From positions 15,804 through 79,803 of the IMG/VR virus record IMGVR_UViG_3300017963_000242: DNA of 64,000 bases, one strand, 5' to 3'. The notes under the pieces are model-generated. The model searched no databases. It saw only the letters and a program-made list of their open reading frames with translations, and was not told the DNA's origin. The stretch is from a virus. Below are positions 28,871-38,210 of this stretch, piece after piece. Position 1 is the first letter of the stretch; every line of letters begins with the position of its first letter. The position numbers and the translations under genes were made by a program.

Positions 28871-30325
28871 CTACTTCTCCTTGCCCGCCCGGTTGCCGCT
28901 CCACGCGACGATTGGCCGGGTATCCTGTTTTTGATTGGCGGTTGGCCCGCCTTCTTGTCCCGCATACGAGCGCGGCATCAGAGAACGCGCCAGTTTTTGC
29001 AGCGTAGGAACATCCTGCCGCTCTAGCTCGTCCTTGCTGAACGCGCATCGCTCGTTGGCCGCAAGTTCCGAGACCAACCTGGCCTTTTCGCTTGCCTGCG
29101 CCTCCTGGTGCGCTTTCACCACGTCCTTGGACGCTTCCAACTGACTCGACAAATCCGCAACCAGTTTTTCCAGCGTAGCCATGCGCTCTTCTTGCGCTGC
29201 GACTGCATCTGCACACGGTTGTTCGTTGCCTGTCGGCTCCTCTTCTTCCGGCTCATCGGCGGCCTTGGCGGCTTCCGTCTCCGGCGTTTGTTCCTCTTGT
29301 GGCATCGGCTCATCCTCTTTTTCTGGCTTGTCCTCTTCCGGTTCGTCTTCCTTGTCCGGTTTGCCAAACGCATTGAGAATTTTGCGCAGCACATCTGCGG
29401 ATAGGGCTTCAAACCCCTCCGCGTTATCGTCTGCGTTCAGCTCAAGGCGAGTGCAGAGGTCTTTTACCAAATCGGCTTTACTTTTAGCCATTGTCTCTAC
29501 ATCCTCCGAGATGTCTGTTCCGTCGTCTATACCTAACGCACTCGCCAAGATGTGCAGTGCGCCTTTCACAATGTTTTTCTTTGGCGCGTCGTTTCCGACT
29601 GCCTGTTTTCCCATATCCGTTTCCTCCGCCTGGTACACCAACTCGGTCGGCTGTGACCAGATCATTGTATCTGTGCAAGGCTCCCCCGCCTCATTCACTC
29701 GCGGACACCCGCAACCGTCCTCCCACGAACACGCACCAACTGAGTCGAGAAGCGCGGCGAGATGGTCTGGTCGCAGGTTTCTAGCTACTCCATTGTAGGA
29801 CTGGCCTTGCCATTCACCGCCGCGCTTCTCCAAGTCCCGAAAGTAGCCGGTCGAAACTTCTATCTTGTCTCCGTCCAGCACGCGCCGCATCAGTTCAGGC
29901 CCGCCTTTTAGCTTGCCCGCTCTGTCTACGTCGATCCACAATTCTGCTGGAACGGACTGGTCGCTCTCTCGATATTCAGTGCCAAACACGTACCCGGCGC
30001 GATGTTTTTCCATCATTGCCGGATCGTTGGCACTGACAGCCGTATCGCCCTCGTGTGGGTGATCAATGACGAACGGGCGACCATTCCACGCTGCTGGGAA
30101 CTTTGCCAACTCTTCAGCTGGCACGAGTTCGCCGTTGAGTACACCTTCTCTAATCATCACGGTCGGGACAACTAGCCAGTCGCGGCCTTCCCAACTTGTG
30201 CGGTATGTTTTGTCTACTGTGTTTGCTTGCACCCTATTGGTCGATTGATTTGGTTTTTGTATTTTGACGTTGCCCTTGCGCCAAGAAAATCTAGCCGTTC
30301 TGTCTTTCATATCGACCCTTGTCAT
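28871..30325 (-). CDS. Prohead protease/scaffold (DUF2213-like)
   Basis: EGVLNG, DHP, EVSTGY, PDHLAAL...GACSWEDGCG; acidic coiled-coil C-terminus. Confidence 0.85.
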   Translation of the reverse strand: MTRVDMKDRTARFSWRKGNVKIQKPNQSTNRVQANTVDKTYRTSWEGRDWLVVPTVMIREGVLNGELVPAEELAKFPAAWNGRPFVIDHPHEGDTAVSANDPAMMEKHRAGYVFGTEYRESDQSVPAELWIDVDRAGKLKGGPELMRRVLDGDKIEVSTGYFRDLEKRGGEWQGQSYNGVARNLRPDHLAALLDSVGACSWEDGCGCPRVNEAGEPCTDTMIWSQPTELVYQAEETDMGKQAVGNDAPKKNIVKGALHILASALGIDDGTDISEDVETMAKSKADLVKDLCTRLELNADDNAEGFEALSADVLRKILNAFGKPDKEDEPEEDKPEKEDEPMPQEEQTPETEAAKAADEPEEEEPTGNEQPCADAVAAQEERMATLEKLVADLSSQLEASKDVVKAHQEAQASEKARLVSELAANERCAFSKDELERQDVPTLQKLARSLMPRSYAGQEGGPTANQKQDTRPIVAWSGNRAGKEK

Positions 30326-31299
30326 TCTTCTAACCCCATCACTATTTCTCTTGGGTCACTGTCGTACCCGGTATCACTCAATACCGTGAATGGTTTACCT
30401 CTTGCAAGTAACAATTCAGTTTCAGACGGCCTGCTCTGTAATTTCCATCGGTCCATATACAACGCCTGAGCGCCCTTTGGTAATCGTATCTCAATCGTGG
30501 CCCCTGTTGAGCGCTGTTCCGCTACACCTTTATATAAAGCTGTTGACACAAAAGCATCATCTGTCCAAGTGCTACCAGTCAAGTCTTCATCATAGTCATC
30601 CAACATCTCTACATCTATGCCCCGATAAACCGTAACCGGTTCAGGAAGACTCGACCTTTCTAGAGCCGCGTCAATTCGCTCCACGTCATCACTATAGGCT
30701 TCGCTATATCCAGCTTCTCGCAAATCATCATTGATGTCGTAGTATCCGTCACCTTTATACATTTCTAGAGATGCGGATTCTTCGTCTGATAGTTCTGGAT
30801 TCAATCCGCTTTGAGCAGAAGCCCAATCATCTGCTTCTCTGCGAGAGCCAAAAGACCTTCCGCCCAAACTGCCTTTCCCGTGCGTGCCCGCTGGCGGGCC
30901 ATGCCACCCCTTTCCCGGCCCTTTCTTTCCCGCGTTATCCTCTACGACCTCGACTTCCGCTTCCATCATCGCCCCACACTCTGAGCATTTAATCGAGCGA
31001 CACGGAACACCGCGTTCCTTCTCTACCACGTGCCCGCAGTCTGGACACACACACCGCTCTGGCCCCCCTGGCGCTGGCTCAACGCCTGGACCGTAGGCGA
31101 ACTCTGATGTATCGTCATTTTCTTTCAGCATAGCCCCATTTGCCTGCTTGAACGCCTGACCCTCACAGTCCTCTCCGCCGCTGTCATTGCAATCCTGGTA
31201 TGTGTCCATCCACACAGCAACCCAAGTTGCTCGCTTGTCCTCCGGCAGTTCCTTGACGTGCTGCGGTAACGATTTGTCTCCCGGTCCACTGTATGGCAT
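30322..31299 (-). CDS. ChaB-like / Zn-ribbon / VIP2-like ADP-ribosyltransferase fusion
   Basis: N-terminal ChaB-like (LPQHVKELP...AFKQAN); CVCPDCG..PC..CSECG; R-S-E catalytic motifs VYRG, FVSTA, ETELLLARG. Confidence 0.8.
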   Translation of the reverse strand: MPYSGPGDKSLPQHVKELPEDKRATWVAVWMDTYQDCNDSGGEDCEGQAFKQANGAMLKENDDTSEFAYGPGVEPAPGGPERCVCPDCGHVVEKERGVPCRSIKCSECGAMMEAEVEVVEDNAGKKGPGKGWHGPPAGTHGKGSLGGRSFGSRREADDWASAQSGLNPELSDEESASLEMYKGDGYYDINDDLREAGYSEAYSDDVERIDAALERSSLPEPVTVYRGIDVEMLDDYDEDLTGSTWTDDAFVSTALYKGVAEQRSTGATIEIRLPKGAQALYMDRWKLQSRPSETELLLARGKPFTVLSDTGYDSDPREIVMGLEE

Positions 31300-31361
31300 C
31301 TTACCTCGCCAGTGTCCACGCTGCCAGCCACATCAAAGCAGTCAGCAGTCGCGCTTTCCAT

Positions 31362-31946
31362 TTAGTCATGCTGTGCGATCACCAGATGCCACTTTATATC
31401 CGATGTGCTCGTGTATGTCGGCGTGCCCTCGGTTTTTGCCTGGGTGTACAGGTCTGTAACACCCGCACCTAGCACAAACGGAAACGGTGGATTGCAGACA
31501 TAGGTTGCTACGGAGTTGTCTTTGAACGACACATATGTACCGGATCCAACAGAAATCACCCCCAGGCTGTTCAGCAAATCAGCATCAGATATATCAAGCT
31601 CTGCATCGTTAGCCGTCGGTGTAAACGTGCCTGAAAAAATCACCAGATCAAATGCGGCATTCTGTGCGCCTTTGTCCGTGATGACCACTTTGCGAATCTC
31701 TCCGTGTCCGCCTTCGCCGTCTACCACGTCCTCGAATTTCATCAGGCCGCCAACAGCATCCCCAGCAGCATAAGCCGTTCCAGACGTAATAGTCGGTGTC
31801 ACGTCTACTCGCGTCAGTTCAAGCTGCGACCGTGCTTCAATTCGGCCAGTCGTGTCTACGCGCAGCGGATACCGCGTTCCGCCTGCATTCTCTCCGAATA
31901 CAAGCTGAACTCCGCCGCCCTTGTCCTCAAAGTCGGTCGTTGCCAT
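31362..31946 (-). CDS. Hypothetical virion protein
   Basis: 194 aa beta-rich protein (AYAAGDAVGG) with RBS GAGG. Confidence 0.6.
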   Translation of the reverse strand: MATTDFEDKGGGVQLVFGENAGGTRYPLRVDTTGRIEARSQLELTRVDVTPTITSGTAYAAGDAVGGLMKFEDVVDGEGGHGEIRKVVITDKGAQNAAFDLVIFSGTFTPTANDAELDISDADLLNSLGVISVGSGTYVSFKDNSVATYVCNPPFPFVLGAGVTDLYTQAKTEGTPTYTSTSDIKWHLVIAQHD

Positions 31947-31958
31947 AGTTCCACCTCG

Positions 31959-32014
31959 GAAACAAAAAAGGCCACTCCCATCCAGAACGTTCCCGTTCCG
32001 GGTAGAAGTGGCCT
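31959..32014 (-). terminator. Long-stem intrinsic terminator in the leader of the head-tail operon
   Basis: GGCCACTTC...GAACG GGAA CGTTC...GAGTGGCC followed by a T-tract on the minus strand. Confidence 0.7.
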
Positions 32015-32124
32015 CCGAAAAATCGTATGCCTATATGAGGTTATGATTGCTCTTAGCTGGACTCCCTGGCGTTGACGCTTGGGTGGGAATCCCTGATTGT
32101 TACGCGCCCATCCGCGCTAAGAAT

Positions 32125-32153
32125 ATTATAGCAGGTTTGCGGCACGATGTCAA
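32125..32153 (-). promoter_or_regulatory. sigma70 promoter
   Basis: TTGACA-17 bp-TATAAT with extended TG. Confidence 0.85.
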
Positions 32154-32159
32154 GCTATT

Positions 32160-34346
32160 CTATAATTTGCCCTCGCACCGCTTGATATGCGCGACCTGCT
32201 TGGCAATCGTTTTGTCACTCGGTCCACGTCGCTTAATCCAGAGCAGCTTTTCCGATGTCGTTGGTGATAATCCAAGCTGTTGTTCATAGACGGCAAGCTG
32301 GGCTAACGTGACGCTGCGCAAGTTCATCAGGTATGTGCGGTCTTGCATAATAGACCCGCCTTCTGCTTTTATGTCGCTATCGCCCACGTCATCCTCCGTA
32401 CAGCCGTACATTATCCCAAGTTATCCCAAGTCAGCGAACTAGCCCTGCCAACAGCGGGTCGTCGACTGGCCGAGCATCGTCTTGCGCCGATGCCATTTCT
32501 CGCCTCAAGATGTCATCGCCATTCGGCGGTATCCGTTCCACATCCACGGCAAATGGAATGAACTCATTGATAGCGGTCTGCTCTCGCTCGAATACTAGAG
32601 TAGTCACATACTCTGACAATCTCATCGCAGCGGCATCGAGAACCGACCATCCAGTCACGAACCGCCAGCCCTCAGCGGCTGTCTGATTCAGACTCTCTTC
32701 CACTTGCCCCGATGTCAAATCGTGACGCAATACAACCGTTTTATACTGCTGCTCCATCACTCGCCTTTCTGCGATGCATATGCGTTTCTCATAAACTCTG
32801 CTTGCATCGCAATCGTCATCTGCATAGACTGTGAGTCAGTGAATCCTGCCTCACGACATACAGCATAATATTGAAAGTAGGTTTGTGCCATAGCCCGCAG
32901 TTCTTGAACGCCTTCGTCCTTGAGCAATTCATCCAAGTATTGCTGCCACGGGTTTTCCGGTTCAGGTTTGTGTCTAGCCATTGATTAGTCTTCCGTTCCG
33001 ATTCTCAACCCAGTTCCCTCGTGAATCAGGTAGAGCTTGCCATCATTGCCGAACTCATAAAAGCATTCGATGTCCATAGTCTTGATGATCTCGTTCGCTT
33101 CAAGAACAAAATCGTGCCGTTCTGCTTGGTTACTCAAGTTTTTGATTGCGGGTCTCAACCCGGAAAGTAGTTCAATGGCTCGCCAGTTCAGCGCCTTCTT
33201 GCGTGCCCATTCTTTTCTGCAAATCGGGCACTTTGGAAACCCTTGCGGCCAATCTACATAATGTTCTGCTGCCACATACTGATGTCCATGTTCACACCAT
33301 ATCAAGCCGGTCATTGCCTACCTTTCTGTTTGGAATCTTTCAACGCGCCCCAATCCAACCTCGAACGATGTAAACTTTTCGTCGTGACGAAATGACTCAG
33401 CTATACCCAAATCTTCTTTGAGTATGTTTCCGTCTTTGACAAATCGAATATCCATATCTGAGACTGGAACGGTCAGATGCTTGTCTATCACGATGTACGT
33501 ATCTGGCGCAGTCATTGGTTCGCCTTTCCGTTTGAATCATCTGCACTTGCGGAAAAGTGCTGTGATTTTTATACAATGTCTCCATAGCCAGTGAACTGGA
33601 CGCGCCCAGCGATTCGGCCACTGTACGTCGTAGCCCGGTGCGTGTACATCAAAGCTAACTTGTACAGCGTCCTCTATTTCTTGCTGTGTCGTCTGATTGA
33701 TAGTTGCACGCTGCATAGTAATGGTCGGTTGAAACCATTGCCGCCCTGGCTTATAGGTTATCGTACTCGTCGGTCGATGCTCTCGCACAAGCATGTCCCA
33801 TATAGTATCCCAACCTCCCGATACGTTTTCAACATCGAAGCTGTACTCGGTCTGCAATCCGGTTATATCTAGCTTGTTACTTGGAGGCTGTTCGCACTCG
33901 TCTGCAATAAGACCGTAGCCCACTCGCTCATCATTTATGAATATCTGTGCTGTCCCCGCCTTGCTCATTCCTGCTACCATCGTCAAGCCTTTCTGCTATT
34001 CAATCGAAATCGACATTGAAAGCAATGGTTCCATGCTGCCCAGTCCCTTGAATGCTCGTATACGGTCAAGGCCCGGAATCGTCCACGCTTGCCTAATGAG
34101 GACCATAAGTGCATCCTCTTGTGTGAACCCCTCACCTGATGGCATGACCACCGCTGCGTATGGGCTGTCCGTTACCCACGAGTCATGGCAGATCGCACAC
34201 CGCCACAGTGTCCTATTCACGCCTGATTCGCATTTGTACTCGATTGAGTACCCACACTCTCGCAGTAGTGCCTCAAGTTGTTCTTTTGGAGTCGGATAAA
34301 GACTGGTTGGCATTCCCGATGCCGAAACGCTTATATCCATTGTCAA
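32160..34346 (-). CDS. Run of seven small hypothetical genes (32160-32348, 32431-32760, 32757-32981, 32985-33314, 33318-33515, 33537-33986, 33996-34346)
   Basis: Closely packed co-oriented ORFs with AAAGG-type RBS; no recognisable family. Confidence 0.55.
32397..32430 (-). repeat. Dispersed 34-bp repeat, copy 2 (inverted)
   Basis: Reverse complement reads CTTGGGATAACTTGGGATAATGTACGGCTGTACG. Confidence 0.9.
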
Positions 34347-34352
34347 GCCTTT

Positions 34353-35006
34353 CTACTCTCCTAGCCACAAGTCGGCGCAGTTTAGCTTTCCACGTTGCTT
34401 ATAATTCATAGACCAAAAATGTGGGCAGTTTGGATGGAATTTTCCAGGATTCGCCATTGCCACACGAATGGGGACGTTGCCTCGCGCAATCCAGCCTTGG
34501 CAGATAGGACACACGGCAGTTCTTGGTTCTAGCCTCGCTGTCCCCTCTTGTAGCCCGTTCATCTGAACAAAGTCCTGCTGTGCCTGAGTGCGCCCGTCGC
34601 CCTCTACCATCTGTGCGATCTGCACATCCTTCCACGCTGCCCGTTTCTCGTACCATCCCTCTAGCCGCTTTGCATACGTGTACCTGTTCGCCGTTGGTGT
34701 CTCTTGTCGGATGTGCGCGATTGCGATAGCCAGGTCATAGTTGTATGTGTTGACGATGGATTCCGCGTGCCACCGCGATTTTTCATTTAGCTTGGATAGG
34801 ATAGGCCCCTCTCGCACCCCGCCCACGCGATTGCACCCAGCCCGACGCGCCTGAATATTCAACTCATCATTGTACGCCGCACGCATATCCCGCAACAACG
34901 ACCCGCGTATGCTCTCGACATCGAATGCATCATATCGCGCCGCCAGGTGAACCAGCTTGCCCACGTCGCTCAAGTCGCCAACCGCTGCGCGCCAGTCTCT
35001 AGCCAT
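34353..35006 (-). CDS. MuF-like minor head morphogenesis protein
   Basis: VCPIC...HPNCPH motif; downstream of the portal. Confidence 0.65.
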   Translation of the reverse strand: MARDWRAAVGDLSDVGKLVHLAARYDAFDVESIRGSLLRDMRAAYNDELNIQARRAGCNRVGGVREGPILSKLNEKSRWHAESIVNTYNYDLAIAIAHIRQETPTANRYTYAKRLEGWYEKRAAWKDVQIAQMVEGDGRTQAQQDFVQMNGLQEGTARLEPRTAVCPICQGWIARGNVPIRVAMANPGKFHPNCPHFWSMNYKQRGKLNCADLWLGE

Positions 35007-35205
35007 CGTCGTCCTCTACCATTGCTTCTATCAGTGTCGCCAATACATCCTCGGCAGGCGCTCCATCGTCAAGCGCATCCTCAATCGCTTTGCCAAATCC
35101 AGGCCCAGCGTCCACCTCGTTCAACACGAACCAACGCGCCTTGTGCGCTTCTGTCATTGCGCCTAGTAGATAGGATATGCTGCGTCTTGCGTCCAGAGTT
35201 TTCAC
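34999..35205 (-). CDS. Small acidic hypothetical protein
   Basis: 68 aa, coupled on both sides. Confidence 0.5.
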   Translation of the reverse strand: MKTLDARRSISYLLGAMTEAHKARWFVLNEVDAGPGFGKAIEDALDDGAPAEDVLATLIEAMVEDDDG

Positions 35206-35690
35206 GCTGTCACCTCCAAGCTGCCCGACTTTGGCGTCATCCTTGCACCGAGCACGGTCTGAGCAAACGAGTCAGACCCGACCAGATAACCGCGCAACTG
35301 CCCGCCGACCTTGAGCGGCATGTGCCATTGCTGGCTGCGCTCGACCGGCAAGACTGGATTTTGTCTCAGCGTCTTGATTGCGCTCCGCACAGCCTTGTAC
35401 CCTGTGCGCTGGCCTGCTCGCTCCCAAACGTGACCTGGAATCTTACCAAGCGTCTTGCCGTGTGTTCCTTTCGGAGGGCCATGCCAGCCCTTACCTGGGC
35501 CTTTCGCTTGAACCGTCAGTTCATCTTGAGCAACCGTCTCTTGCCACTCGCTATCAGGAATGGCTTTCAGTCGCACCATTGCGTCACCGAACGAACGCAG
35601 CCCCATCTCCGCTACGTTTTTCTTGATGACCCTTCCCAATCGCTCGCGCTGCTTTTTATCCTGCTCAGTCCGCTGCTTACGTGTCGGCAT
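35202..35690 (-). CDS. Hypothetical protein with the KGPGKGWHGPP motif and a basic C-terminal domain
   Basis: 162 aa; H.WER...R pattern reminiscent of RelE/BECR-type RNases. Confidence 0.6.
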   Translation of the reverse strand: MPTRKQRTEQDKKQRERLGRVIKKNVAEMGLRSFGDAMVRLKAIPDSEWQETVAQDELTVQAKGPGKGWHGPPKGTHGKTLGKIPGHVWERAGQRTGYKAVRSAIKTLRQNPVLPVERSQQWHMPLKVGGQLRGYLVGSDSFAQTVLGARMTPKSGSLEVTA

Positions 35691-35898
35691 TCTGGCTGCC
35701 TTCAGCTAGCTCAAATTGAATATCGCGATCTCCTTGAAACGAATCGCGATGATCGTTGTCGCCTTTCCATATTTCTATCGGAATACCCTCTGGAAAAGCT
35801 GCGCATTTTCTTTCCGAACCATCGGTCAAATGCTTACACGTTGAGCACGTCGGACTGTAGATAGGCGTTTCAAATTCCTTGTCAATAGTAAAGGTCAT
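35677..35898 (-). CDS. Small Cys-rich protein of a type found downstream of phage MuF-toxin genes
   Basis: CSTCKH...CAAFPEGIPIEIWKG..DH....GD..IQFE. Confidence 0.7.
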   Translation of the reverse strand: MTFTIDKEFETPIYSPTCSTCKHLTDGSERKCAAFPEGIPIEIWKGDNDHRDSFQGDRDIQFELAEGSQNADT

Positions 35899-38192
35899 TC
35901 AATCACCTCATACGTTAATCCTAGCCCCGGATGATTTTTTGTAAGACGCTCCCATACTTCATGATTATGCAGCATATTAGCCGCCGACGTTGTCGTCTTT
36001 TTATCAAAGATTCTCGCCATAAAGTGCCCTCGAACCTGATCGTCAACAATATCTACCTTGGGCTTTATGTCTTTCCAGGTAGGTGTTTTCTCAGACCTAG
36101 ACATAATATATGTTTTTCCTGTGCTTCCAGCCGCACGAATCGACATTAGTTTTCCATCGGTCAATAGCCTAATATCCGACTCTGAAAAAGAACGCCCGGT
36201 TGGATGGTTATGAGTTAGCACCTTTCCAGACATCTGCGCCACTTCTTTGTCTGTAAACGAAACGGACGAAGCTCCGCCACTTTTTGCAAGCAACTCTTTT
36301 CCTGTTTCTGGATCAAACAGTCCAGCGTGCTCAGTTGGTGAACTTCGGATATATCCCTCTGCGCGCTGAATAGCTTCTTCTGCTATTGGCGACAGCCCGC
36401 CGCTGCCCCCTTTCCCTGCCCCATGTGTCCCTCCCTTGCTTGGCCCCCACCATCCCCGACCCGGCCCCTTGCCGGACTGCGCGACGATGTAACCCACGCC
36501 CTCGACGGTTGGGTCATAGGTTTTTCGACAGTCCGGGTTAGCGCATCGCAGCAGTGGGCCGTGACCTTCATATCTCTCAGCTTTGACAAACCCGCACAAC
36601 GGACACGTGCTGTCCACGATAACCGGCTTGTGCGAACCGATGAACAGAGACGCGATATAATCCTCGTTGGCCCTTGCCCGCTCTGTTTCTTCGTCCGGCT
36701 CTTCCGACGGTGGCTCTACAATCTCCGGCTCTGTCGGCTGCTCCGGCTCATCCGCCCCCGGCTGTTCAACCGGCGCTTCTGGCATGGCAGGTGCTTCCGG
36801 TTCATCGTCCTCCATATCCTCTGGAATGTCCGGCGGGAAACCGACAACCGCGCGCTGCTCTTTTTTAGTGAACGGCGTTGCGCCTTCTGCATCGGCAAAC
36901 TGTTTCATTGCCGTCGCCTTGCGCATCGAAATCGTCGCAGCCTGCTCTTCGTCCGGTGGTATCAGCGGCGGCCAGTGTCGGTTGCCTTCATCGTCGGCCT
37001 TGCCAATCTTATAGCCGTCTGCTGGCTCTGGCAGAACGCCGTACCAGATAAGCCGGTCGCTGAACGGTCTTAGAATGCGCGGCTCTACATAGGTGTTTTG
37101 TCGCCGAGCAATCACGCCCGACCATCGCCGTGTATCCTCTTGGCTGGACGCTAGTTCGCCCGCCGCAGAACCAAACAGTACGTGCATCGGAATTCTCGTG
37201 ATAGCAGCGATGTGTTTCATAAACGCATTGAACAACCCAGTCGGGTCCCACACGTCCGATCCGCCCAACTCAGCTACGTCCATCCCCGGCGCAAACAGGA
37301 ATCGCGCCAGGTCGTGAACGTATGCCTCTAACTGGTCTTTGAACCCGTCTACCACCTTCGCATCACCCAGGTCAAAGTCCCATCCCTCACGAGGCGATAG
37401 CACCGCGCCCTTGCGCTGATTCAACCAAGCTGATTCTGCCGACCCGCCAAGCGTCTTGTAGAGCATATCTATCAACGTGTCGTATGGCCGCTTGAGCCAG
37501 GGCCGACCGTAGACTTCGCTATCCGTGCGAAACTCGGCTATGTGTAACATCCGGGTATAGTGGACGCGCTCGCGGCTATCTTCGCCTACCTGGACATCGT
37601 AGTTCAGCGGATAACCACATCGCTTGGAGGATGGGTCATCGTCTACATCGCCTATCTTTGCCTGTCCTTCGTTCAGCGGTCGCAACCACAAAAGCCCTTC
37701 CGGTCCCTTGACGCTGCCCTTCTCAACCGGCTTAGACAAGTCGGCGTTACCCGCTAGGCCAAACATCAGCGCGCCATAGTTGCCTATCCCTGATGCTGCA
37801 TCGGCTCGCCGCAGTACGTCCCAAATGTAATGACGCTCGACTAGCTCGTTCCACGCACTGACGAACTCGGTATCCTCTTCGTCGTTCTCTGTGACTGCTG
37901 GTGGCTGGCCCCATGAGTCATCAGCGCGAACATCGATGATCTGACCGGCCAAGCCGCCCCTCTCGTATAGCCATAGATAGGAGCCGAAATCCAGTTCCTC
38001 GCTGTAGCCCAAGACGGTTGAGAACCTGCGCGCTCCCTCGTGCGTGCTTGCCCCGCCCATCACCCTGGACCGCCTGGACGGGTCAAATGCCGATGCTTGC
38101 GGCATCAGTCGTTGGCGGTTGGCGGATAGCTGTACCATCCGCAAGAACCGCATCGCACCCGCCGCTTGTTCGTCTGTGAATCTCTCGCTCAT
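35895..38192 (-). CDS. Portal protein (DUF1073-like) with C-terminal Zn-ribbon and JAB/MPN-like extension
   Basis: Follows TerL; YERGGLA..IID, RVHYTR, IP...LFG...GELAS..D; C-terminal E...THNHP...FSESDI. Confidence 0.85.
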   Translation of the reverse strand: MSERFTDEQAAGAMRFLRMVQLSANRQRLMPQASAFDPSRRSRVMGGASTHEGARRFSTVLGYSEELDFGSYLWLYERGGLAGQIIDVRADDSWGQPPAVTENDEEDTEFVSAWNELVERHYIWDVLRRADAASGIGNYGALMFGLAGNADLSKPVEKGSVKGPEGLLWLRPLNEGQAKIGDVDDDPSSKRCGYPLNYDVQVGEDSRERVHYTRMLHIAEFRTDSEVYGRPWLKRPYDTLIDMLYKTLGGSAESAWLNQRKGAVLSPREGWDFDLGDAKVVDGFKDQLEAYVHDLARFLFAPGMDVAELGGSDVWDPTGLFNAFMKHIAAITRIPMHVLFGSAAGELASSQEDTRRWSGVIARRQNTYVEPRILRPFSDRLIWYGVLPEPADGYKIGKADDEGNRHWPPLIPPDEEQAATISMRKATAMKQFADAEGATPFTKKEQRAVVGFPPDIPEDMEDDEPEAPAMPEAPVEQPGADEPEQPTEPEIVEPPSEEPDEETERARANEDYIASLFIGSHKPVIVDSTCPLCGFVKAERYEGHGPLLRCANPDCRKTYDPTVEGVGYIVAQSGKGPGRGWWGPSKGGTHGAGKGGSGGLSPIAEEAIQRAEGYIRSSPTEHAGLFDPETGKELLAKSGGASSVSFTDKEVAQMSGKVLTHNHPTGRSFSESDIRLLTDGKLMSIRAAGSTGKTYIMSRSEKTPTWKDIKPKVDIVDDQVRGHFMARIFDKKTTTSAANMLHNHEVWERLTKNHPGLGLTYEVIE

Positions 38193-38210
38193 ATTATATC
38201 CCTAGTGCGC

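Noticed and set aside
35895-38192. Anti-CBASS Acb1 label often attached to DUF1073-like proteins
   Set aside because: Size, position after TerL and motifs fit a portal; I saw no 2H phosphoesterase HxT pair.
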